Below, piece after piece: positions 44,687-54,037 of a DNA stretch of 64,000 nucleotides (within the stretch, counting starts at the first letter, position 1; each line of letters begins with the position of its first letter). Made by a program: the position numbers and the translations under genes. Source of the stretch: a virus; the IMG/VR virus record IMGVR_UViG_3300032249_000542, positions 105,778 through 169,777 of that record, one strand, 5' to 3'. The notes under the pieces are model-generated. The model saw nothing but the letters and a program-made list of their open reading frames with translations. It was not told the origin of the DNA and made no database searches.

Positions 44687-45913
44687 ATGAAATTTAATCA
44701 ATTCATAACAGAAGCAAAAGAAGATAAGAATGTTCATCTAGAACATATTGAAGATGAAATCATTAATCGTGGTGTTGCAGGTGCTCGTGATGCAGTAAAC
44801 TTCTTGCGTTCATTACGTGACATGCTTGCAGGTCACTCACAATCTAAAGTAAACGTAACAACAAAGTGGGATGGTGCTCCTGCAATCTTTGCTGGCATCA
44901 ATCCAGAAAATGGAAAGTTCTTTGTTGGCACTAAATCTGTATTCAATAAAAGTGCAAAACTAAACTACACCGATGAAGATATCGATGTGAATCACCCAGG
45001 TGAAGGTTTAAATGATAAACTAAAAGTCGCACTTGCCTTCCTTCCTAAACTTGGAATCAAAGGTGTACTGCAAGGTGACATGATGTTTGCAAAAGGCGAC
45101 ATACAAGAAAAAACAATTGATGGTGAAAATTACATAACATTCCAACCAAACACAATTGTTTATGCAGTCCCAGCAGAATCTAAACTCGCAAAGATTATGT
45201 TGGCAGCACAACTTGGTGTTGTATTCCATACTGCATACATAGGTAAGACACTTGAAACAATGAAAGCGTCATTTAACATTGACATCGGACATCTACAAAC
45301 AACAAAAGATGTTTGGTTTCGTGACGCATCTTTCACCGATGCATCTGGTTCTGTAACATTTACAATCGAAGAAACAAAAGCAATTACAACTATTCTATCA
45401 GATGCAGGTAGATCATTGGCAACTATTAATCCAATGACATTAAACAGAATTTCTGCAAGTGACGTTTATTCCACATATATCAAAACATTTAATAATACAA
45501 AGATTCGTGAAGGTAAGAAGATTACTAACACAAGAGAACATACTAGAGAATTGTTGGCGTGGATAGAAGCAAAACTAAACAAAGCGATACAAGAATCAAA
45601 AAGAGATGACACCAAACAAAAAAGAATCACAGAGAAAAATGAGATAATGCGTTTCTTTCGTGGTTCTGCAAATGATATCGTTTCGATGCTTGACTTTATG
45701 AACCATTTGGTGGATGCAAAACTAATGATAGTTCGCAAGTTAGAATCTATCCGTTCGATAGGTACATTCATTCGCACAGACGATGGTTACAGAGTAACTG
45801 CACCAGAAGGGTTCGTAGCAGTAGATAGATTACAAGGTAATGCAGTCAAGTTAATTGATAGACTTGAATTTGCACATGCCAACTTTAATGCAGCAAAGAA
45901 CTGGAGCAAGTAA
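44687..45913 (+). CDS. DUF6267-like protein with covalent nucleotidyltransferase (RNA ligase-like) motifs
   Basis: Motif I KWDG, III QGD, IV EGFV, V VKL; leader MKFNQFITE. Confidence 0.7.
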   Translation: MKFNQFITEAKEDKNVHLEHIEDEIINRGVAGARDAVNFLRSLRDMLAGHSQSKVNVTTKWDGAPAIFAGINPENGKFFVGTKSVFNKSAKLNYTDEDIDVNHPGEGLNDKLKVALAFLPKLGIKGVLQGDMMFAKGDIQEKTIDGENYITFQPNTIVYAVPAESKLAKIMLAAQLGVVFHTAYIGKTLETMKASFNIDIGHLQTTKDVWFRDASFTDASGSVTFTIEETKAITTILSDAGRSLATINPMTLNRISASDVYSTYIKTFNNTKIREGKKITNTREHTRELLAWIEAKLNKAIQESKRDDTKQKRITEKNEIMRFFRGSANDIVSMLDFMNHLVDAKLMIVRKLESIRSIGTFIRTDDGYRVTAPEGFVAVDRLQGNAVKLIDRLEFAHANFNAAKNWSK

Positions 45914-46185
45914 TGTCATACGATATAAACAAAATCATGGCAGAATATGGTGAAGAAGATTTTGGATTCACCGCAGTTGATGAAGCAGAATATGAAGCGG
46001 TAATAGCAGAGAAAAATGAAACGGTAGAAGAATACAAAGCAAGATTAACTCAGGTAGAAAAGATTATTATGCCTTTTCTAACCAATCTTTTAAAATCACA
46101 AGCACAACCTTACATTCATTGGCCCAATCGTGGTCCTATCATTGAGAAACAAATACAAAAGATCCTGACATTAACAAGAGGATAA
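45913..46185 (+). CDS. Conserved hypothetical protein
   Basis: DFGFTAVDE...PFLTNL...YIHWPNR; coupled. Confidence 0.7.
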   Translation: MSYDINKIMAEYGEEDFGFTAVDEAEYEAVIAEKNETVEEYKARLTQVEKIIMPFLTNLLKSQAQPYIHWPNRGPIIEKQIQKILTLTRG

Positions 46186-46193
46186 TAACAATA

Positions 46194-46937
46194 ATGCAAT
46201 CATTTGATAGTTTCCTGTACGAATCAAAAAGTAAAGACCTTGGTGGCTTGACAATCTTTGATATTGATGATACACTATTTCATACAACAGCACAGATTGC
46301 TGTAATGAAAGACGGTAAAAAGATAAAAGATTTAACTAACCAAGAGTACAACACCTATAAGTTAAAACAAGGTGAGTCTTACGATTACTCACAGTTTAGA
46401 GATTCGAAAAAGTTTAAAGAAGAATCTAAACCAATCGAGCGTATGTTGACAAAGGCAAAAGTTATTCTACGTAATGCTGAGTCAAATCCAAAAAGTAGAG
46501 TAATCATTGTAACTGCAAGAAGTGATTTCAATGATAAAGAAACTTTTCTTTCTACATTCAAAGACCATGGACTAGATATAGATAAGATTCGTGTTGAACG
46601 TGCTGGTAAGTTGGCAGGAAGTGTATCTGATCCTGCGACAGCAAAAGCAATCATCATCTATAACTATCTAAAGACTGGCCAGTTTGGTCGTGTTAGGTTG
46701 TTTGATGATAGTATGGCAAACCTAAGAGCATTTTTGAAATTGAAACAACACTTCAAAGATGTTACGTTTGAAGCATACTTTGCAAAACCAAATGGATCAA
46801 TACAAACAATAAAAGAAGAACAAGAGTTTGTTTCAAAGGCAGGTGCTGGTGAATGGGGTAGACCAGAACTTAGAGACAAATATGTTAAAGATACTCCTGG
46901 TCAAAGTAAGAAACTATATAAGAAGTATACGAATTAA
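46194..46937 (+). CDS. HAD-family phosphatase (Pnkp phosphatase/RNA-repair-like)
   Basis: IFDIDDTLF, VTAR, K, LFDDS; leader MQSFDSFLYE. Confidence 0.78.
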   Translation: MQSFDSFLYESKSKDLGGLTIFDIDDTLFHTTAQIAVMKDGKKIKDLTNQEYNTYKLKQGESYDYSQFRDSKKFKEESKPIERMLTKAKVILRNAESNPKSRVIIVTARSDFNDKETFLSTFKDHGLDIDKIRVERAGKLAGSVSDPATAKAIIIYNYLKTGQFGRVRLFDDSMANLRAFLKLKQHFKDVTFEAYFAKPNGSIQTIKEEQEFVSKAGAGEWGRPELRDKYVKDTPGQSKKLYKKYTN

Positions 46938-46956
46938 TTTTTAATATGGAGTGTTG

Positions 46957-47802
46957 ATGGATGATTTAATTATTGGATGTTCAACCAACTATGATTGGTC
47001 CAAGATAAAGTATTGGATTAACTCAGTCAATCAAAGTGGTTTCAAAGGCAAGAAAGTCATGATTCTTATGAATTGTGATGTTGAAACTGCTACTAAAGTT
47101 TTAAAAGCAGGATTTGAAATAATTTCATTTGGAACTGATGCGATGGGTAATCTCACGCATCAAAGTCCATTCATGGTTCATGTGGAACGATTCTTGCATA
47201 TCTATAATTATTTGAAAGATAATGAGTTTAGGTACGTTATAACTACGGATGTTAAGGATGTTATATTTCAAAAGAATCCATCTGAATGGTTAGAAGAATG
47301 GTTAGGAAATGAGTCCTTCGATGATGATTTAGTATTCTCATCTGAGAGTATATTATATAAAAATGAACCATGGGGTGATAACAATCTAATGGAAACATTT
47401 GGTCCATACATTCATAACATATTCAAAGAGAATGAGATTTATAATGTTGGTGTTCTTGCTGGCCGTGGTTATGCGATGCGAGACTTAGTATTGAATATCT
47501 TCTTGGCATGTGTTGGTAAACCAATTAAGATTTGTGACCAATCAACATTCAACTTCCTAATATCACAACATCCGTATCTGAAAACATCCAAGTATGCAAA
47601 ATCAGAAGATGGTTGGGCATGTCAGTTAGGTACAACTGTTGATCCAAGTAAAATAAACGAATTCAAACCATTCTTACTTGAACCATCACCAATAATGCAA
47701 GATGGTAAAGTCGTTACATCAACAGGAAAAGAATTTTCAATTGTTCACCAGTATGATAGAGTACCTGAGTGGAAAAATATTATAGAGGCAAAATATGAGT
47801 GA
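46957..47802 (+). CDS. Putative GT-A glycosyltransferase
   Basis: ITTDVKDVIFQKNP, NVGV, DQSTFN, IVHQYDR. Confidence 0.65.
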   Translation: MDDLIIGCSTNYDWSKIKYWINSVNQSGFKGKKVMILMNCDVETATKVLKAGFEIISFGTDAMGNLTHQSPFMVHVERFLHIYNYLKDNEFRYVITTDVKDVIFQKNPSEWLEEWLGNESFDDDLVFSSESILYKNEPWGDNNLMETFGPYIHNIFKENEIYNVGVLAGRGYAMRDLVLNIFLACVGKPIKICDQSTFNFLISQHPYLKTSKYAKSEDGWACQLGTTVDPSKINEFKPFLLEPSPIMQDGKVVTSTGKEFSIVHQYDRVPEWKNIIEAKYE

Positions 47803-48370
47803 TACATTTACAATAGACACCGTAGCACAAGCATTTGGTGGACAACAGCAACAACCACAATTTAAACCTGCGGGATATCATTTTGTTGAGTTTATGAAAC
47901 AAATGGAAAATCCTGTGGTATTAGAGATTGGGTGTGACATTGGAGACACATCACAACTACTATTGGACTGCAATGAAAGTTTAAAATTGTATGTCATTGA
48001 TCCATACGATGATTATGTTGATTGGAATGGTAACAACCTAAACGAAAGACAAAAACTTTACGAACAAGCAAGAGAACGATTTGCACCATATGGTGATAGA
48101 TTCAAACTGTATCGTTTGACATCCGATGATGCCGCAGATGAATTTGAAAAAGACTTCTTTGATTTAATATTCATCGATGGATTGCATACGTATGAACAAC
48201 TAACAAAAGATTGTGCGAACTATTACTCTAAACTAAAAACTGGTGGAATATTTGCTGGACATGATTACACAGTCATTGAAGGTGTTAATCGTGCAGTTAA
48301 TGAGTTTGCTGCGAAGCAAGAAAAAGAAATTCATCAAGGTGATTGTGATACATGGTTCTGGATCAAATGA
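47795..48370 (+). CDS. Class I SAM-dependent methyltransferase (Methyltransf_24-like)
   Basis: VLEIGCDIG, IDPY, IFIDGLHTYE, GGIFAGHDY. Confidence 0.9.
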   Translation: MSDTFTIDTVAQAFGGQQQQPQFKPAGYHFVEFMKQMENPVVLEIGCDIGDTSQLLLDCNESLKLYVIDPYDDYVDWNGNNLNERQKLYEQARERFAPYGDRFKLYRLTSDDAADEFEKDFFDLIFIDGLHTYEQLTKDCANYYSKLKTGGIFAGHDYTVIEGVNRAVNEFAAKQEKEIHQGDCDTWFWIK

Positions 48371-49056
48371 GAAACTGTATAGTTTTTTCTGGTCAGTTCC
48401 GTACTCTACGTGATACACTTCCAAGCATTAAAGAGTTTATTAGTGTTAATGCATTGGATGTGTATTGCCAACTATGGGGTGACAATCCAGATGAGAAACG
48501 ATTTATACTAGACCATCTAAAACCAAAAGACTATTGGTTTGATAAGTATACAGCACACAAAGATGTGTTTGATGGTATAGAAACTAGAGTTCGTGCAACG
48601 CATCCAAAGAATGCTCCTAACGATAAGATTGCTGGTAATGCATCAATGAACTATGCTAGAAAGATGGCATATAATTTGGTAAAAGAAAAGTATGATAACA
48701 TTATCTATTGCAGATACGACATAGAGTTTGTTCAACAATTTTTGGTAGAACAACAACCAGATGTTATTCTAACTCCTTTAGAAGAATCATACAATCTTAT
48801 CTCCGATATATTTGCAATCATACCAACGCAATATGCAAAGTCATATTTTCTTTATGATGAATATGAAAGATTACATTCAACACAATTTGAACCAGAGTTT
48901 GTAGATTGGTTGCGTGATATTAAAAAGTATGGTGATGATAATATCAACATACATATGTTTGAGAGATACTGTCCTCATATGATGTTGTTACGTAATCTAT
49001 TTACAGACAAAACTCCATTTGTAACAATGGACATACCCGTGAGATTAAAACGATGA
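48367..49056 (+). CDS. Putative glycosyltransferase-like protein
   Basis: CIVFSGQFR...YDNIIYCRYD...ISDIFA; paralog of the next gene. Confidence 0.55.
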   Translation: MRNCIVFSGQFRTLRDTLPSIKEFISVNALDVYCQLWGDNPDEKRFILDHLKPKDYWFDKYTAHKDVFDGIETRVRATHPKNAPNDKIAGNASMNYARKMAYNLVKEKYDNIIYCRYDIEFVQQFLVEQQPDVILTPLEESYNLISDIFAIIPTQYAKSYFLYDEYERLHSTQFEPEFVDWLRDIKKYGDDNINIHMFERYCPHMMLLRNLFTDKTPFVTMDIPVRLKR

Positions 49057-49769
49057 AAATTGCACTATGTCTATCTGGTCAAGCCAGATCATTCAAACAA
49101 GGATTCGAATATTACAAAAAGAATCTACTAGACCATTATGATGTTGATGTATTCATTCACACATGGGAGTTTGATGAATGGAAAGAATACGTAGACTTAT
49201 ATAATCCTGTAGAATTTAAAATGGATCAATCGGTTACTGTAGATTATGGTAAGACGATTGATGAGATGTATATAAGAACTCCTAACAAAGAAAAGTTTCC
49301 ACCACGTTTCACGTATGCGATGTTACATTCTATGGATACATGTGCTACTATGTTGTCAAAGCATGTATTCACCGCACACAAGAATTATGATTGGGTAATT
49401 CGTTCTAGAAGTGATTATGCATTGAATGTAAAGATTTCATTTGCAGAACTAGATAATTCAAAACTATACATTCCTAACTGTCGCATGGTACCAGAACGTG
49501 ACTTTGGTAATGACCAGTTTGCATTTTCATCTCTTAAAAATATGTTGAAGTATATGTCAACATATAGAATGATGGATCACTATTATACTGACCTTAATGC
49601 AACATACATTGGTGAAAATCTGATGCAAGCAAATTTACATCAGCACAGTTTACATGGAGAAAATCTTGTCTACGTTGACATGAATAATCCATTCCCGCCT
49701 GGAAAACATAATGGAACTTGGCACTCCCTCATTCGTGATGACTATGAACAATGGACGGAAAAATCTTAA
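49053..49769 (+). CDS. Putative glycosyltransferase-like protein
   Basis: MKIALCLSGQARS, DVFIHTW, YDWVIRSRSD, NDQFAF. Confidence 0.6.
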   Translation: MKIALCLSGQARSFKQGFEYYKKNLLDHYDVDVFIHTWEFDEWKEYVDLYNPVEFKMDQSVTVDYGKTIDEMYIRTPNKEKFPPRFTYAMLHSMDTCATMLSKHVFTAHKNYDWVIRSRSDYALNVKISFAELDNSKLYIPNCRMVPERDFGNDQFAFSSLKNMLKYMSTYRMMDHYYTDLNATYIGENLMQANLHQHSLHGENLVYVDMNNPFPPGKHNGTWHSLIRDDYEQWTEKS

Positions 49770-50500
49770 AAGAATTAAAAGGTCATTCAGGAAATAAAAT
49801 CTATCTATTAGAATCAGACAATCAATTCATTGTACACAAGTCTGGTGATGTAAAAAGAAACGTAGAGAGATTGCAAGATTTGTTTCGTGAATTCTATGAT
49901 GTACCTTTTATATTAAATACTGACGGTGAGACTTTTATGGATATGGAATATATTCATGGTCTCGATATGAAAGAGTATTTAAAAATGAATACCATCAATA
50001 AACTTGCTGGGTTCATCATTGAAACACTTAATAACTTTGCAAAAAGTTCGGTACTGTATGACTATACTGGTGTGTACCATCAAAAGTTGGATTGGGTAGA
50101 CTCTGCAACAGACCTACCTTTTTCCAAAGATGAGTTGATTACTCGATTACCTAAACAACTTCCACGATCACAATATCATGGTGACTTTACCTTAGAAAAT
50201 TTGATGTTTTCTGAAGATAAGTTTATAATGATAGATGCAGTCACGATTGAATATGATTCCTACATATTTGACATTGCAAAACTTCGGCAAGATTTAGAAT
50301 GTAAATGGTTCCTAAGAGACGATACGCTTAAACTAGACGTTAAGTTAAGAAATCTACAGGACAAAGTATTAGAAAGATTCCCACTTGCAAAGAATGATTA
50401 TATTTTGATTCTCATGTTGTTGCGAGTATATCGTCACACACAACCCGGTGATAGTAACCATCAATTTATTATGAAAGAGATTAACAGATTATGGAAATAA
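49751..50500 (+). CDS. APH/choline-kinase-like phosphotransferase
   Basis: GHSG loop, HGDFTLEN, MID, DIAKLRQD. Confidence 0.82.
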   Translation: MDGKILKELKGHSGNKIYLLESDNQFIVHKSGDVKRNVERLQDLFREFYDVPFILNTDGETFMDMEYIHGLDMKEYLKMNTINKLAGFIIETLNNFAKSSVLYDYTGVYHQKLDWVDSATDLPFSKDELITRLPKQLPRSQYHGDFTLENLMFSEDKFIMIDAVTIEYDSYIFDIAKLRQDLECKWFLRDDTLKLDVKLRNLQDKVLERFPLAKNDYILILMLLRVYRHTQPGDSNHQFIMKEINRLWK

Positions 50501-51516
50501 TTGTACCTGCGGCAGGAGCATCTACTAGATTCCCTGACATGAAACCAAAGTATTTGTTGTATGACTATGGTCATAAGATGATGATACAAAGAGCATTAGA
50601 ACCATATCAGGGTCACAACATTACGATTGGTATTCTCAAAGATCATGATGCTCACCATTCTGCATCTGATTATTTGAAACATGAATTCAAAGACACAGCA
50701 AAAATTTGTATCATGGACAAGATGACAAAAGGTCCTGCTGATACAGTCTATCAAATAATCAAGAGTTCAAATATTGATCCTGATGCAGAACTATTGATTA
50801 AAGATTGTGATAGTTTCTTTGACCATGAAATGTCAGAGGGTAATTATATTTGCGTATCAAACATTGCACAACATGAAGTATTAAAAAAACTATCTTCCAA
50901 GAGTTTTGTTATTGCGAACGAACAAGGTATCATTACAGATATCATTGAGAAGAATGTGGTGTCAGATACATTCTGCGTTGGTGGTTATAAATTCTCAAGT
51001 GTTAGATTGTTCTGTGAAGCATTTGAAGAACTAAAATTGCATAGTGAAATATTTGTTTCAGATGTCATTCAACGATGCTTGCACAAAGGTGAAATCTTTA
51101 CAGAAAAATTAGTATCAAACTACATTGACGTTGGTACTGCACAAGATTGGTTTGAATACAACGACAGACCAGTAATCTTTTGTGATATAGATGGTACACT
51201 AATTGAATCACAAGGTCGTGTTGGTGGTAAGAGTTTTGACTCACCAATCGTACCAATGCGAAAAACTCTAGATAAACTTTTAGAATATCAAAAGAATGGA
51301 GCACAGTTTGTATTCACAACAGCAAGACCAAAAGATGTAGAAGGAATAACTCATAGTATGTTAGGGTCACTTGGATTCCGTAACTTCGAATTGATTATGG
51401 GACTACAGAACTCAAGACGCATATTAATTAATGACTTCAACAATTCAAATCCATATCCTCGTGCTACTGCAATTAATGTAGAGAGAGACAAAGACCAAGT
51501 GGCGAATTATCTATGA
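50491..51516 (+). CDS. Sugar-phosphate nucleotidyltransferase-like domain fused to HAD phosphatase
   Basis: IIVPAAGASTRF...PK, KDCD, DVGT; then FCDIDGTL, TTAR, IND. Confidence 0.82.
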   Translation: MEIIVPAAGASTRFPDMKPKYLLYDYGHKMMIQRALEPYQGHNITIGILKDHDAHHSASDYLKHEFKDTAKICIMDKMTKGPADTVYQIIKSSNIDPDAELLIKDCDSFFDHEMSEGNYICVSNIAQHEVLKKLSSKSFVIANEQGIITDIIEKNVVSDTFCVGGYKFSSVRLFCEAFEELKLHSEIFVSDVIQRCLHKGEIFTEKLVSNYIDVGTAQDWFEYNDRPVIFCDIDGTLIESQGRVGGKSFDSPIVPMRKTLDKLLEYQKNGAQFVFTTARPKDVEGITHSMLGSLGFRNFELIMGLQNSRRILINDFNNSNPYPRATAINVERDKDQVANYL

Positions 51517-52208
51517 AACCAAATAGACCTTTATTCATTATAACATCAGCACTCAGACCAACGATGGGTGTGTTCTCATTCAAAGAACGATACGACCAAA
51601 CGATAAAAACTATTAAATCCATTAGAAGTAAATGTCCTAATGCATACATTCTATTTGCAGATGCATCTATTGGTGATGTTCCTGCTGTTGAATTTATGAT
51701 TATATCCAAGATGGTTAACTTCTTTATGAAAATGAATGAGAAGTATAACCGAGATGTTATAGAGTTGAGTAAAGCAAAGTTGAAAAGTCAAGCTGAGACT
51801 GCATTACTGTATCACATACTTGTAATGATGAAACGTGATCCTAATCTACAGAAAGCATTGTATTCAACCAATCGCATATTCAAGATTAGTGGTAGATTAG
51901 AATTGGATATGGACTTTGATCTTAAAGAATATGACGAATTGTTTGGAAAGTATGTGTTCAGAAAACGTATTCCAACATGGATGAATCCACCTAAAGTGAG
52001 TGATTTATTCGTCACCAGATTGTACTCTTTCTGTCCATCCCTTATCGATGACTATATTGGTGTACTGCAACGCAACTTTCAAATGTTAAATGACGTTGAC
52101 ACAGAACATGCACATTTTGCGAATATTGACCCAAAATACTTGGTAGAATTCGAAAAAGTTCATTGTAAAGGGCAAGTTGCATCTACCGGAGAGTGGCACT
52201 ACGATTAA
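51513..52208 (+). CDS. Hypothetical protein of the glycan cluster
   Basis: FIITSA, ERYDQT, IFKISGR, TRLYSF, DTEH; coupled. Confidence 0.55.
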   Translation: MKPNRPLFIITSALRPTMGVFSFKERYDQTIKTIKSIRSKCPNAYILFADASIGDVPAVEFMIISKMVNFFMKMNEKYNRDVIELSKAKLKSQAETALLYHILVMMKRDPNLQKALYSTNRIFKISGRLELDMDFDLKEYDELFGKYVFRKRIPTWMNPPKVSDLFVTRLYSFCPSLIDDYIGVLQRNFQMLNDVDTEHAHFANIDPKYLVEFEKVHCKGQVASTGEWHYD

Positions 52209-52213
52209 AAAAG

Positions 52214-52221
52214 ACTAAATA
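52214..52221 (+). promoter_or_regulatory. Late promoter (ACTAAATA)
   Basis: Intergenic, upstream of the capsid-targeted gene block. Confidence 0.55.
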
Positions 52222-52250
52222 GAAAGTCAACTGCTGTAGAGGCGGAGAAA

Positions 52251-53834
52251 ATGAACTTTATAGACTTTCTAACTGAACAAACCGAAAAACACGCTGTCCT
52301 TGCATTTGGGAGAATGAACCCAATTACTTCCGGACATCAAACGCTTATCAATAAAGTTAAAGATGTTGCACAAGACTATGGTGCATCACATCATATAGTT
52401 CTGTCCCACACTACAGACCCTAACAAGAATCCTCTTACTGGCACACAGAAACTAAAGCACGCTAAACGTGCATTTCCTAAGACTAATTTCTCAGTCTCAA
52501 CTCCAGAACATCCTACATTTCTTCAACAAGCAGCTAAGTTACACCAACAAGGTGTGACACATCTACACATGGTAGGTGGTTCTGATCGTGTTGAAGAATT
52601 TCATAATCTATTGCACAAGTACAATGGTAAGAAAAAAGGTTCATTGTTTAACTTCAAAGATATACAAGTACATTCTGCTGGTGAACGTGATCCAGATGCA
52701 GAAGGTGTAACTGGTATGTCAGCATCTAAGATGCGTGAACATGCAAGTAAAAACAATTACAAAGAATTCAGAAAGGGTACACCTTCAACGATGGCTGACG
52801 AACATGCTAAAGATTTATACAACGATGTTCGTAAAGGCATGGGAATTAAAGAAGATATTAACTTTGGTTTTGAAATGTTACTTACCGAAGGTGTACATGA
52901 TAAAGGTATATTCAAAGCAGTATTCTTAGCAGGTGGTCCTGGTTCTGGTAAAGATTATGTGTTAAGTAATACATTAGATGGTCAGGGATTAACAGAAATT
53001 AATTCCGACAAGGCACTAGAGTATTTGATGGATAAGAATCAACTCGACAAAAGAATGCCTAAGAATGAAAAAGATAAGAGAGATATCATTCGTGGTCGTG
53101 CAAAATCAATTACAGATATTCGTGAACGATTAGCATTGGAAGGACGTAACGGTCTTATCATCAATGGTACGGGTGATGATTATGAGAAGATTGCAAGTAT
53201 CAAAGAAAAACTTGAAGCACTAGGTTACGAAACAAAAATGATTATGGTTAATACTGCCGATGAAGTTTCCCGTGACAGAAATGTTGAACGTGGAAAACTT
53301 GGTGGACGTACAGTACCAGAAGATGTTCGTAAACAGAAATGGGATTCGGTTCAAGCATCAAGAGCACAGTTAGCAGAACTATTTAAGAGTAACTATGTTG
53401 AGTTTGATAATTCAACAGATTTGAGAAATGCTGATGATGCAACAAGAAAAGCAAAACAAGATGAAATGGACGAAATCTTCAAAGATATTCAGAAATTTGT
53501 ATCTAAACCCCCAAAGAACGATGTTGCAAAAGAATGGGTAGCATCTGAATTAGATAAAAAAGATAGTACACCATTGATGAGAGCAAATGAAGCAATGCCA
53601 CATACAGAATCTGGTGCTGCTGAAAAAGCAAGAGAGATGGGATTAGATTATTATGGATTTGGACGTTACGGTAAAGATGGCACAGTATTGTATCGTTCGG
53701 TACATGATAAACTAGTTGATATGCGTAAGAGTGGTGCAAAAGAATCTACCAGTTCTTCAAGTTCGTCTAAACCAAAACCAAGAACTAAAACACCTGAACC
53801 TATTGAAGTTGATTACGAAAAAGATCCACAATGA
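52251..53834 (+). CDS. HxGH (cytidylyltransferase-like) nucleotidyltransferase fused to a P-loop (zeta/Pnk-like) kinase
   Basis: FGRMNPITSGH, KNPL, GSDR, MSASKMR; then FLAGGPGSGKD, INSD, RNVER; leader MNFIDFLTE. Confidence 0.82.
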   Translation: MNFIDFLTEQTEKHAVLAFGRMNPITSGHQTLINKVKDVAQDYGASHHIVLSHTTDPNKNPLTGTQKLKHAKRAFPKTNFSVSTPEHPTFLQQAAKLHQQGVTHLHMVGGSDRVEEFHNLLHKYNGKKKGSLFNFKDIQVHSAGERDPDAEGVTGMSASKMREHASKNNYKEFRKGTPSTMADEHAKDLYNDVRKGMGIKEDINFGFEMLLTEGVHDKGIFKAVFLAGGPGSGKDYVLSNTLDGQGLTEINSDKALEYLMDKNQLDKRMPKNEKDKRDIIRGRAKSITDIRERLALEGRNGLIINGTGDDYEKIASIKEKLEALGYETKMIMVNTADEVSRDRNVERGKLGGRTVPEDVRKQKWDSVQASRAQLAELFKSNYVEFDNSTDLRNADDATRKAKQDEMDEIFKDIQKFVSKPPKNDVAKEWVASELDKKDSTPLMRANEAMPHTESGAAEKAREMGLDYYGFGRYGKDGTVLYRSVHDKLVDMRKSGAKESTSSSSSSKPKPRTKTPEPIEVDYEKDPQ

Positions 53835-54037
53835 AAAATTTAAAACAACACATCAGCGATTTACACGGTAAATCCTTAAAACACGGAATTACAGGTCATG
53901 AATTCACTCTAAAAAAAGATGGACCTAATGAGTATGATATTTACAAAGGTAATAAGTTCATAGGTTCCATTAATGGTAAAAGTGAAGAAGCCGTTTTACA
54001 TGTCCTACAGCAAAAAGGATATGAAATCAATGACTAA
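53831..54037 (+). CDS. Small hypothetical protein
   Basis: Coupled ORF, leader MKNLKQHISD. Confidence 0.6.
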   Translation: MKNLKQHISDLHGKSLKHGITGHEFTLKKDGPNEYDIYKGNKFIGSINGKSEEAVLHVLQQKGYEIND

